Of a stretch of 64,000 nucleotides of DNA, positions 51,104 through 60,203 are shown one piece after another. A program made the translations under genes and the position numbers. The stretch comes from a bacterium (GTDB lineage Bacteria; Zhuqueibacterota; Zhuqueibacteria; Residuimicrobiales; Krinioviventaceae). Every line of letters starts with the position of its first letter. Position 1 is the first letter of the stretch. The stretch is from positions 2,912,001 to 2,976,000 of the forward strand of contig OY843751.1 of NCBI GenBank assembly GCA_963693055.1. Reading direction: 5' to 3'. The notes under the pieces are model-generated. The model did not search any database. It had not been told where the DNA came from and saw only the letters and a program-made list of their open reading frames with translations.

Positions 51104-51615
51104 TACTGTTCCTTGTTCTTGTCAAGTAATTCCGAATCCTGAGCATTTATAAAATATTTCACCATGGTCACCTGGTTGTTTTTTCCAGGATTAATATCAT
51201 AGACCACATCATCCATGAGTGTTTTCATTAAATAAATACCCAATCCACCTACTTTGAGCTCTGCAAGATATTGCTTCAAATCCGGAATTTTGATGGATTT
51301 CGGATCAAATCCTTTGCCATGGTCAGTAACGACAAGTGTGAACTTTTGATAATCCACTTTGATAACAATATCCAATGTACTGTCTTTGTTATCTTTGGAA
51401 TATGCATGCTTGATTACATTCGTACAGGCTTCGTCGCATGCAAGTTCAATTTTGTTCACTTCTTCTGCATCGAAACCAACCTTGTCGGCTACTTTGCCAA
51501 CGAATCCTCTTATTAACTCCAAATTGTCTGTCTGACTGGGAATACGAAGGGTATACACTCCCTCCAGCTTTGGAGCAATTGGCTGTTGTTTTTTCTTTTC
51601 AGCAGTATTTGTCAT
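51103..51615 (-). CDS. rsbW: Anti-sigma factor / Ser kinase (RsbW/SpoIIAB family)
   Basis: N-box DEACTNVIKHAY, G1 DHGKGFDP, G2 GGLGIYLM. Confidence 0.9.
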   Translation of the reverse strand: MTNTAEKKKQQPIAPKLEGVYTLRIPSQTDNLELIRGFVGKVADKVGFDAEEVNKIELACDEACTNVIKHAYSKDNKDSTLDIVIKVDYQKFTLVVTDHGKGFDPKSIKIPDLKQYLAELKVGGLGIYLMKTLMDDVVYDINPGKNNQVTMVKYFINAQDSELLDKNKEQ

Positions 51616-51633
51616 AACATTTCAACCTGTTAT

Positions 51634-51981
51634 TTAACTGTTAAATTTTTCAATAGCTTCTTCTTCAGTATCAACTATATCATATAATGTAGGAAAACCG
51701 AGAAGATCGAATACTCTGAATATTTTGGGAGTCATGTTGGACATTTTAATATCACCTTCATGATTTCTGATATTTTCAATAAAGCCCATAAACACGCCCA
51801 ATCCCGCGCTACTGATATATGACAATTCTTTAAAATTGACTAGAATTTTAAATTGCTCTGTATCGATAATCTTTTGGATTGCACTTTCCAATTCAGGGGC
51901 AGTATGCGCGTCCAAAAAGCCACCGATATATAAAACAGCAATTCCTCCTATTTCTTCTCGGTTAATTGTAAAATTTTCCAT
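51634..51981 (-). CDS. rsbV: STAS anti-anti-sigma factor (RsbV/SpoIIAA family)
   Basis: GFLDAHTAP, YISSAGLG phospho-Ser motif; start at ATG 51981 after GAGG. Confidence 0.92.
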   Translation of the reverse strand: MENFTINREEIGGIAVLYIGGFLDAHTAPELESAIQKIIDTEQFKILVNFKELSYISSAGLGVFMGFIENIRNHEGDIKMSNMTPKIFRVFDLLGFPTLYDIVDTEEEAIEKFNS

Positions 51982-52020
51982 TAATTCCTCCTGAATCAAT
52001 TAATATTTAAACGCTTGTTC

Positions 52021-54111
52021 TTATAAAACCTTAATCACAACAAATGTTAAATCATCTGTTGTGTTCGCACCATCGAAAAAAGTATAAATTTCGTGAATAA
52101 TCTTTTTCTTAATTTCTGCTGCGGATAAATGATGTAGTTGCGCAAAGGCTTTACCCAAACGTTCTTCACCAAATTCTTCACCACTTCGGTTTCTGGCTTC
52201 GGTAACACCATCCGTGTATAGTAAAAATGTATGTCCGGTTTTTAAGGGCATTTTTATCTGCTTTAATGTTTTCTCAAAAAGATTACCTGAATCCAATCCC
52301 ACACCCAATCCTGCAGGCTCTAGCAATTCATAATCAAATATACCGGTAGAAGCAAATAATATCGGACAATGGCCTGCTCTGCAAAAAGTAAATGTCTTTT
52401 TCTTGACATCAATAATACCATAAACTAGGCTAATAAATGTATTTCTATCAAAATTTTTGTACAGAATATTATTGGTGGGTATTAAAAGATTTTTTGGGGT
52501 TTCATTTGCCCTGGCAAGGGCTTCCATGATCCCCTTCACTTCTGCCATATAAAAAGCAGCTGACGGACCTTTACCGGAAACATCACCTATGACTACACCC
52601 AGGCGGTCATCATCAATCTTGAAAAAATCATAATAATCTCCACCCACTTCATTTGCCGTAATACAAACAGCATCTAACTCTATTCCCTCCAACTGCGGCA
52701 TATCTTTGGGCAATAATTTCATTTGAGCTTCATGAGCAATGCGGAGTTCCTGCTCAAGTCGCTCTTTAACGATAGATTCCTCAACCAGTCTGGCATTTTC
52801 AATAGCTACAACAGCCTGTTCACAAAATGCACGAAGCATATCTACATCATCAACTTCAAAGCCAAATTCAATTCGCTTTCCGGCATATAAGAATCCAATA
52901 ACCTTTTCATTGTGGATTAATGGTAAAACCAAAAGTGAGTGACAATCATGTTTCCACTTGCATAATTTCTTTGCAATAGGACTTTTTAAAGATTGATTGT
53001 TTAAAAAAGGCTCTTTATTTGTCTTTAACCATTCAGAAAGAGGATCGTGAAATGAAGGCTGCCTTCGTTTTAATTCAGAAGGTGAAAGATGTTTGGATGA
53101 AACAAGCTGCAATTCACTAGTTTTTGTGTCCAGTAATTCCAGCCACGAGAAATCAGCTTCTGTTACTTCAGTGGCAAGATTTACAATGGTAACTACAAGT
53201 TTGTTAATGTCGAACTCGGAACTCACTGCCCTGCTTAAATGATGAAAAGAAGAAATTTGTCTTATTTTTCTATCATACAATTGCGCGGTTGGCAAATGGC
53301 CCAGTAAAGCAAAAAAAGCAATGATAATATATATAGTTAAAAAGATAATACTTGAATCAACAAATTTACCCAATACAGGACTAAAAGAATACACCGGATT
53401 CAGCTTGTGAAACAAATAACCAAAATAAAACTGAATGGGTATTAAAATAAATCCACCCCAAAAACAGGCCAATTTCTGTTTTCGATTCAGATAATTGATC
53501 CAGGAAACTCGAAACGAGTTGAAAACCATCAAATTGATGAGAATAAATAATATTACATATTCCAGATTGTTAAAAAAGCCCTTGTCAAGCCACGAGAACT
53601 GTCTCAACGTTTCCGGTAAACTAAATAACGGGTATAATAACAAAAAAATCATCAACCAGGTAAAATTACGGGCTGTAGATTTTTTACGCTTGATATAAAT
53701 CAAATTACGCAAAGTGCCCAGGCTGATAAGCACAAATATAGTAACAAAAAATGTCCAGGATAACACGAAAATATAATTTCCAGCACTGGAATAGATCGCT
53801 TTATTGCCCTCATCAAAATCAAACAAAAAATCCAAACGATCATTGGAAATAATTAACAATAAACAGGTAAATAAAATTAAAAAGAAAAGCGATCGTAAAC
53901 CACGCAAAACATTTCTATCTGATGCCCATTTTTGTTTATATACGAGGGGTAAAGAAAGGATTAATGCAAAAATAATAAAATATTCACGGATATAGATAGC
54001 CGTTACCGGTGGTCCATCGCTCATGGCCATCATGTTCATGTCTTGCACTACGGCTGCAATAAGCAAGGCAAGAGGTAATAATAATGATAATTTACTGATT
54101 TCTTTCATCAT
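52021..54111 (-). CDS. Multi-TM-GAF-PP2C phosphatase
   Basis: About 8 TM helices, GAF, GGDYYD, GDVSGKG, RAGH, YTDGVTEA, DDLT. Confidence 0.92.
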   Translation of the reverse strand: MMKEISKLSLLLPLALLIAAVVQDMNMMAMSDGPPVTAIYIREYFIIFALILSLPLVYKQKWASDRNVLRGLRSLFFLILFTCLLLIISNDRLDFLFDFDEGNKAIYSSAGNYIFVLSWTFFVTIFVLISLGTLRNLIYIKRKKSTARNFTWLMIFLLLYPLFSLPETLRQFSWLDKGFFNNLEYVILFILINLMVFNSFRVSWINYLNRKQKLACFWGGFILIPIQFYFGYLFHKLNPVYSFSPVLGKFVDSSIIFLTIYIIIAFFALLGHLPTAQLYDRKIRQISSFHHLSRAVSSEFDINKLVVTIVNLATEVTEADFSWLELLDTKTSELQLVSSKHLSPSELKRRQPSFHDPLSEWLKTNKEPFLNNQSLKSPIAKKLCKWKHDCHSLLVLPLIHNEKVIGFLYAGKRIEFGFEVDDVDMLRAFCEQAVVAIENARLVEESIVKERLEQELRIAHEAQMKLLPKDMPQLEGIELDAVCITANEVGGDYYDFFKIDDDRLGVVIGDVSGKGPSAAFYMAEVKGIMEALARANETPKNLLIPTNNILYKNFDRNTFISLVYGIIDVKKKTFTFCRAGHCPILFASTGIFDYELLEPAGLGVGLDSGNLFEKTLKQIKMPLKTGHTFLLYTDGVTEARNRSGEEFGEERLGKAFAQLHHLSAAEIKKKIIHEIYTFFDGANTTDDLTFVVIKVL

Positions 54112-54135
54112 ATCCGCTTTTTTGTTCTATACGTT

Positions 54136-54163
54136 GATACGAATAAGCTTTTAAATAGTTACA
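54136..54163 (-). promoter_or_regulatory. Putative ECF-type promoter of the PP2C-rsbV-rsbW operon
   Basis: TGTAAC-N16-CGTATC in a 62-nt intergenic gap. Confidence 0.55.
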
Positions 54164-54173
54164 ATTATGTATT

Positions 54174-56558
54174 TCAAGTGAGTTTGAATACCAGCATAGT
54201 CATATCATCATGCTGTGGTGTAGATTTTGTAAATGCCTTAACTTTAACATTAATAAAATCCAATAATTCTTTGGCTGTAGCATCATGATTAGTTTGAACA
54301 ATTTCTTCAAGCATGGATTCACTAAATTCATGGTGATCTTTATCCATAGCTTCTGAAAATCCATCAGTGTATAGCACCAGAACATCGCCTTTTGAGAGAG
54401 TTATTGTTTCTTCAGCAATAATTTTTTCAAAAACAGGTCCTTTATCCAATCCAAGAGCTAATCCGGGTGGACAAATTGTTCGTGTTTCGTAATTGCTTTT
54501 AAATATCAAAGGATTATGGCCAGCTCTAGCAAATGAAAAAGTATATTTGTCTAAATCAAAGACACCATAAATCATGCTTATAAAATGACTTCTTTCAACA
54601 TTTTCATAAAACAGACTGTTGATTTCAGTTAAAACTTTTTTAGGAGAATAAAGAGTTCGGGTCAAAGACCGAATAAATCCTTTGGTTAATGTCATATAAA
54701 ATGCAGCAGAAATACCTTTACCTGAAACATCGCCAATTACGATGCCGAGTTTATTATCATTATATTCAATAAAATCATAATAGTCACCACCTACCTCTTC
54801 AGCAGGATAGCAGATACTTGCAATCTCTAAATTCTTGATATGTGGATGAGAACGTGGTAAAAAGTTGAGTTGTACCCTTTTTGCAATTTCAAGTTCTCTT
54901 TTTAGACGTTCTCGATCAAGAATTCGCTTCACATGTTTGGGTGTATATTGCACCAAATCATCTTTGCTTAAATCATTGCGAATTCCAATTAATGAACTGG
55001 TTGCCATTATAAACAAGATCAACAGAAAAACACTTCCTGAAAGTACAAATGCCATGTGTTCAAAATGAAACATGCGAAGTGCTTCAAAAGTTAGTAAATA
55101 TACAAAAAAAGTAGTCAATGAAGTTAAAAAATCATATTTCATAAAAATAATTACAAAATATAATCCGGATATATAATAAAACAATGCTATAAACCAGGTA
55201 GGCGATGCTACAATATCATTAGGATTTGATCGTAATGCCCAAAATATCGCAACAATGAGAACAATCCATCTTTTTTTTGCCAGAAATCTTGCAAAAAAGG
55301 AAGATAAAAATAAAACAAAAACAAATTGGATCCATAGGGTTTCAGTAATAATCTTGCTAATTCTAAACAAAAAAGGTGAATGACTATTTAGATCTCGTAT
55401 ATCGCTGCTATATGGTACAAAATCAATAAATGTGAATGATCTTGTAATTTTGAACAACAATATTGAAAAACCGGCAAAGATAATTCCCAAAGCGATTCCA
55501 CGCAAGACAGATGAACCGGTAAAAGGATTAAAAAGTTTTCGATTCGCAGCAAGATCAAAGCTGAACATTTTTCCGTTCCAAGCATCACGTGTAATAGCAT
55601 CAGCACACGAGACAACAATTACACATATAAAACCTGAAAACAAGGGTCCCAATATTAAACCACCCACCATTCTGCCTGTATCAATAGTTTGGGGTTGAAG
55701 CAAGAATTCTGACAAAACGGAAACAAACATTAAAATACCAAGGGGCAGAGCAGATTTGAGAGAAAGCTCATCATCCCTTAGTTTTTTTATAAAAATATAA
55801 ATAAAAGCACCACTGATAGCCAGGAACAACAATAAAACTGAAAACATCCGGTTCATAAATGAACCGTCATCTGCTATATTTTCATAAACATATTCATAAC
55901 GCCCCACCTGATCACCAATGAGATCAATTTCTATATTGACTGGGAGTTTAGCAATCTCACCAATACTGTAAATGACTGAATAATCTGTACGGGTATCCCG
56001 GGTTTGCTGCTTGATTCGTAAAAATTCGGTATGACTACCATATTTAACTAAAATTAAAGAATCTGCTATTGATTTGGCAGTTTCCTGACTTGTGCTTGCA
56101 AGTATGCTGTCTTCATAAGCTTCAATCCAAAACGATATTTCTTCTCCGGATTGATTGAGATTCAATCCTACCCTTTTTACCCAACCAGGAAAACCAGTAT
56201 TTAGAATAGCATTTGAATCTACAGAAGCATTGTCATTGGCCGTCCACATGATAGACCAATAGTACGCAGGCAGATTGTGGGACATATAGTATTCAACACT
56301 GTCATAATCAGTAAAATATTTACTGATATACCGAAGTAATCCTTTTCTAACCCTTAACTCGGTTACAATTTCATTTTCACCGGGAGAGTATCCCCATTCA
56401 GCCAGACTTTGTTCAGCGAGTTGTTCAATTTGATCTCGATTCAATTTGAAAGATAAATGTGCTGAAGGAAATAGTAAAGGATACCATGAAACAAGCAATG
56501 ATACGGCAATTACAGTGAATAATAGATATGCTATGGTTTTTGAATTGATATTTTTCAT
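54174..56558 (-). CDS. Membrane PP2C phosphatase with extracytoplasmic and multi-TM sensor
   Basis: N-terminal TM, soluble domain, multiple TMs, GGDYYD, GDVSGKG, YTDG, DDMT. Confidence 0.92.
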   Translation of the reverse strand: MKNINSKTIAYLLFTVIAVSLLVSWYPLLFPSAHLSFKLNRDQIEQLAEQSLAEWGYSPGENEIVTELRVRKGLLRYISKYFTDYDSVEYYMSHNLPAYYWSIMWTANDNASVDSNAILNTGFPGWVKRVGLNLNQSGEEISFWIEAYEDSILASTSQETAKSIADSLILVKYGSHTEFLRIKQQTRDTRTDYSVIYSIGEIAKLPVNIEIDLIGDQVGRYEYVYENIADDGSFMNRMFSVLLLFLAISGAFIYIFIKKLRDDELSLKSALPLGILMFVSVLSEFLLQPQTIDTGRMVGGLILGPLFSGFICVIVVSCADAITRDAWNGKMFSFDLAANRKLFNPFTGSSVLRGIALGIIFAGFSILLFKITRSFTFIDFVPYSSDIRDLNSHSPFLFRISKIITETLWIQFVFVLFLSSFFARFLAKKRWIVLIVAIFWALRSNPNDIVASPTWFIALFYYISGLYFVIIFMKYDFLTSLTTFFVYLLTFEALRMFHFEHMAFVLSGSVFLLILFIMATSSLIGIRNDLSKDDLVQYTPKHVKRILDRERLKRELEIAKRVQLNFLPRSHPHIKNLEIASICYPAEEVGGDYYDFIEYNDNKLGIVIGDVSGKGISAAFYMTLTKGFIRSLTRTLYSPKKVLTEINSLFYENVERSHFISMIYGVFDLDKYTFSFARAGHNPLIFKSNYETRTICPPGLALGLDKGPVFEKIIAEETITLSKGDVLVLYTDGFSEAMDKDHHEFSESMLEEIVQTNHDATAKELLDFINVKVKAFTKSTPQHDDMTMLVFKLT

Positions 56559-56575
56559 CTGATCCAGAAAAAGAC

Positions 56576-56857
56576 TTAACCGGCGTTATAGACATCTGTA
56601 ACAATTCTGAAAATCTTGAGAACGTCTCCCTTAATTTCTGTTGCCCCAAATAATTTTGTTGCCTCGAGGGCAATTTTCCAATCCATTTCTGAAACAGATA
56701 ATAGATTGATTTTGTTGAATCTTCCTAAGACTTTTTTGTACAAGGTTAATTTGTCAGCAGGTATCTTGGCTTCATTTTTAATCAAATACTCTTTCATACG
56801 GCTGGTACATGAAGCTAACAATTTTTGACTTTCAATAATCTCTTTCTGACTGAGCAT
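56576..56857 (-). CDS. Hypothetical protein
   Basis: AAGGAAG RBS; fills the gap on the operon strand. Confidence 0.7.
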   Translation of the reverse strand: MLSQKEIIESQKLLASCTSRMKEYLIKNEAKIPADKLTLYKKVLGRFNKINLLSVSEMDWKIALEATKLFGATEIKGDVLKIFRIVTDVYNAG

Positions 56858-56950
56858 AAACTACTTCCTTGTTTTACTACTAATCAAAATATTTAATTTT
56901 TTGTTAAGTTACACAAATACATTATGTTAATCAAGTAAAATCAAACTTTT

Positions 56951-57523
56951 TTATTTTCCAGGTTCATTAAATATTTGAGCAGAAAAAATATATATGTCCG
57001 CATTTTGATCTTTCCAGGCACTCTTATTCAACCCTGCCTTTATACAGGTATGCTGCAAAAAAATTTCAACATTCCATTCATTTTCGCTAGCAACCTGTGG
57101 TAATAATAATCCTCGGCGATACCCCTTTTCAATATACAGCCCATGTTCACCAATGTGAATCTCGTCAATGTTGTTTAAACGCTGCATGGGAGTTAAAACA
57201 GATATTTCAATTTCCAAATCATCAACCTCATGATGTTCAACCGGATCAAAACGGGGATCACGTAATGCAGCAGCTTCTGACATCTCTATTATTGTTTCAA
57301 GCAATGGTTTAACTGCCTGCACATACCCTATACAACCACGGAGATGTTTATTTTTATGTAAAGTTACAAATGCACCAAATTTCTCCTTAAAAACCGGATG
57401 CTTCAAGTCGTCATTCAATATCGGACGCTGTTGATGGGTAACTGCAACAATAGCGTCTCTGGCAATTTGCAATAATATGTTTTGTTCTTCAAGACTTAGA
57501 ATATCTATAACCTGATTATTCAT
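56951..57523 (-). CDS. amrA: AmmeMemoRadiSam system protein A (AMMECR1)
   Basis: GAFVTL, LRGCIG, DPRF, GLLLPQVA, C.KAGL. Confidence 0.93.
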   Translation of the reverse strand: MNNQVIDILSLEEQNILLQIARDAIVAVTHQQRPILNDDLKHPVFKEKFGAFVTLHKNKHLRGCIGYVQAVKPLLETIIEMSEAAALRDPRFDPVEHHEVDDLEIEISVLTPMQRLNNIDEIHIGEHGLYIEKGYRRGLLLPQVASENEWNVEIFLQHTCIKAGLNKSAWKDQNADIYIFSAQIFNEPGK

Positions 57524-57547
57524 GATATTCTCCTCTTTATATAAATA

Positions 57548-59005
57548 TTATTCTTCAAAGACCTGAGTGTTATATACCCAGAATTCTGCTCCATCCTTCC
57601 ACGCATTTCGATCCAGACCGGCTTTTCTGCAAAGGCTTGACATCTCTTCATCAACGGTTTTCCACCCTGCTTCTATCGGAACTTCTGGTAAATACGTTGC
57701 TCGTTTTCCATCCTTTATTAATATAATACCTTGTTTACCCATTTTAAATTCCGAAATTGAATTGATTTTATAGACATTACTCAAATAAACAGATATTTTA
57801 ATATGGATTTTGTCAAATTCATCAGGGGTTAACGGTTCAAAACGAGGATCACCAAATGCTGCAGCAACGGCCATATGAGGAACCAATTCAATTAAAGGGC
57901 GATCAGATTCATGTTGTCCAATGCAACCTCGCAATATTCCATCAATGGTCAAAGTAACAAATACGCCTCTTTTCTCTTTCATCTCATCAGTTCCAGGCTT
58001 AAAAGAAGATAGTTTGCCAGTACGCATGTATTCCGAAATACTTTTACGGGCTATTTCAAGTAACTGATTTTGTGTATCACGATCAATCTCATTAAATTCA
58101 ACCTTTGCAGAAACCGCTTTTGAAAAAATTATAGCACCATAACCAACAACATACCCTTCTTTAACTCCCATAACATCATTAGAATTGGTTCTGCCTAGTA
58201 AACTTGCAGTATACTCACCCATCTGTTTCAATACAACCTGCATAATTACGACAGGTGCACCTCCACAGGCTTGAAAGGAATCATTTAACAAACCTTTACA
58301 CAAGCGCTCTGGTTTAAATTCCATGATCGCATCAAGTGTTTTTTTGTCTGTTTTCTTACATTCATTATAGGAATGTCCATGATATAGATCTGTGCTGGCT
58401 ACTATTAACACATTTTTATTTTGAATAGTATTAAAAATAGCGTCACCAATAGATTTACATTGCTCCCAATTAAATCCCCCCACAACAATAGGCACAATAG
58501 GAGTTTTTGGAAAAAGTTTCTGAATGAAAGGCAATTGCACTTCTATTGCATGCTCTTCCCTGTGCCCCAGGATAGATAATTGAATAAACTCACTTTTATC
58601 GGTTATATTTTTGGCAACAGACTTTTCTACCTTTATGCTACCCAATGGAGTTTCATATGCATCACCATTATATATAGTAGCCCCATAAAAAGGATCACGA
58701 TGACTGGGTGCCATTAGAATAATATAATCATAGGTATTCCCTTTCAGACTTTTGAATGCCTGCGCAGCGGTTTGAGCAGAAAACCGGTAACCTGCATGTG
58801 GAACCATAATGGCATTAATATCGCCAGCCGGCTTTTGATCGGGTTCTCCTGATAATAATTCATCCAATAATTCATTTAATTGTGATGGATCTTTAGGATA
58901 AAAACTACCGGCAACAGCAGATTTTCGGGATATTTCTGCAAAAATGGAATTTGAAAAAAATAAAAAGATTAGAATGAAAGAATAGACCTTTGTAAAGGTT
59001 TTCAT
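57548..59005 (-). CDS. amrB: AmmeMemoRadiSam protein B (Memo) fused to AMMECR1, with N-terminal signal peptide
   Basis: AVAGSFYP, PHAGY, EHAIEVQLPF, STDLYH, ACG, VGY; then GVFVTL, LRGCIG, DPRF. Confidence 0.92.
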   Translation of the reverse strand: MKTFTKVYSFILIFLFFSNSIFAEISRKSAVAGSFYPKDPSQLNELLDELLSGEPDQKPAGDINAIMVPHAGYRFSAQTAAQAFKSLKGNTYDYIILMAPSHRDPFYGATIYNGDAYETPLGSIKVEKSVAKNITDKSEFIQLSILGHREEHAIEVQLPFIQKLFPKTPIVPIVVGGFNWEQCKSIGDAIFNTIQNKNVLIVASTDLYHGHSYNECKKTDKKTLDAIMEFKPERLCKGLLNDSFQACGGAPVVIMQVVLKQMGEYTASLLGRTNSNDVMGVKEGYVVGYGAIIFSKAVSAKVEFNEIDRDTQNQLLEIARKSISEYMRTGKLSSFKPGTDEMKEKRGVFVTLTIDGILRGCIGQHESDRPLIELVPHMAVAAAFGDPRFEPLTPDEFDKIHIKISVYLSNVYKINSISEFKMGKQGIILIKDGKRATYLPEVPIEAGWKTVDEEMSSLCRKAGLDRNAWKDGAEFWVYNTQVFEE

Positions 59006-59069
59006 TTCAGACTCCCAACATATTTCATACTATAATATATTGAAATTAGGAAATATAACAAGAAAATTA

Positions 59070-60203
59070 TTATAGCCAAATACCAGCAATAGACTGTCTG
59101 CAATAAGAACAAGACCCATCAGCAATGTGGTTTTCAGTCACTTTGAAACCTTTACGTCCTACCAACAACTTGCCGCAGCCCGGGCAATAAGTATTTTCCC
59201 CTTTATCACCGGGGATATTACCAGTATATACAAATTGTAAACCGCTATCAATTCCAATCTGACGGGCTGTTTGTAAGGTTTTTACAGGTGTGGAAGGAAT
59301 ATTTTTCAAACGATATTGCGGGTGAAATCTGGAAAAATGTACAGGTGTCTCGGGCCCCAATTCAGCAGCAATCCACTTACACATCTCAGTTAGTTCGTTA
59401 GGGTCATCATTCTGTCCGGGTATAACAAGATACACAATTTCGGTCCACATATTGTTTTCTTTGAGTAAAACCAAAGTATCCAAAACCGGACGAAGTTCAC
59501 CAGATACCATCTCTTTATAAAAACGTTCAGTAAATGCTTTTAAATCAATCTTGACTGCATCCAACACTGTTAAAAGATCCCGCATAGGCTCTGGTTTGAT
59601 ATAACCATTAGAGATCATAACGCTTTTAATCCCCTTTTCCCGACCTTTAGTGGCTGAATCATACATGTATTCTGTAAATATGACCGGTTCTGTATACGTA
59701 TACGCAATGGATTTACATTGGTAAACCTCTGCAAGATCAGCGACTTTTTCCGGTGGCATATCATAATTCCGAATTTGTTCAGGACGAGATTGAGAAATTT
59801 CCCAGTTTTGACAAAATTTACAAAACACATTGCATCCGGCAGTTGCAATGGAAAATGCAAGGGTTCCAGGTAAAAAATGAGACAATGGCTTTTTCTCTAT
59901 AGGATCAACATTTGCTGAACAGGGTTTTCCATAAACCAGGGTATAATAAGTGCCATTTTGATTTTCACGTACCCCACAATACCCTCTCTCCAAATCATCA
60001 ATTACGCATTCACGTGGACACAATTGGCACTGTATTTTACGATTATCCAGTTTTTTGTAATATCTTGCTTCAACGAGCTTCAAGTCTTGCTTTATGTTGG
60101 TACCATAACTATTTGCAAATAAATCAAAAGCAGTCGAGCATGAACCAAAAGCACAAACTGAACAAGTGGCTTTAATGGAATCGCGTCTTGATATGTTTTT
60201 CAT
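59070..60203 (-). CDS. amrS: AmmeMemoRadiSam radical SAM enzyme with RR-containing N-terminal extension
   Basis: CQLCPREC, DPIEKKPL, GCNVFCKFCQNW, YTYTEP, HFSRFHP, CPGCG. Confidence 0.94.
   Translation of the reverse strand: MKNISRRDSIKATCSVCAFGSCSTAFDLFANSYGTNIKQDLKLVEARYYKKLDNRKIQCQLCPRECVIDDLERGYCGVRENQNGTYYTLVYGKPCSANVDPIEKKPLSHFLPGTLAFSIATAGCNVFCKFCQNWEISQSRPEQIRNYDMPPEKVADLAEVYQCKSIAYTYTEPVIFTEYMYDSATKGREKGIKSVMISNGYIKPEPMRDLLTVLDAVKIDLKAFTERFYKEMVSGELRPVLDTLVLLKENNMWTEIVYLVIPGQNDDPNELTEMCKWIAAELGPETPVHFSRFHPQYRLKNIPSTPVKTLQTARQIGIDSGLQFVYTGNIPGDKGENTYCPGCGKLLVGRKGFKVTENHIADGSCSYCRQSIAGIWL

Noticed and set aside
56885-56915. TGTAAC upstream of the 93-aa gene as a fourth ECF promoter
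   Set aside because: No CGT element 16-17 nt downstream
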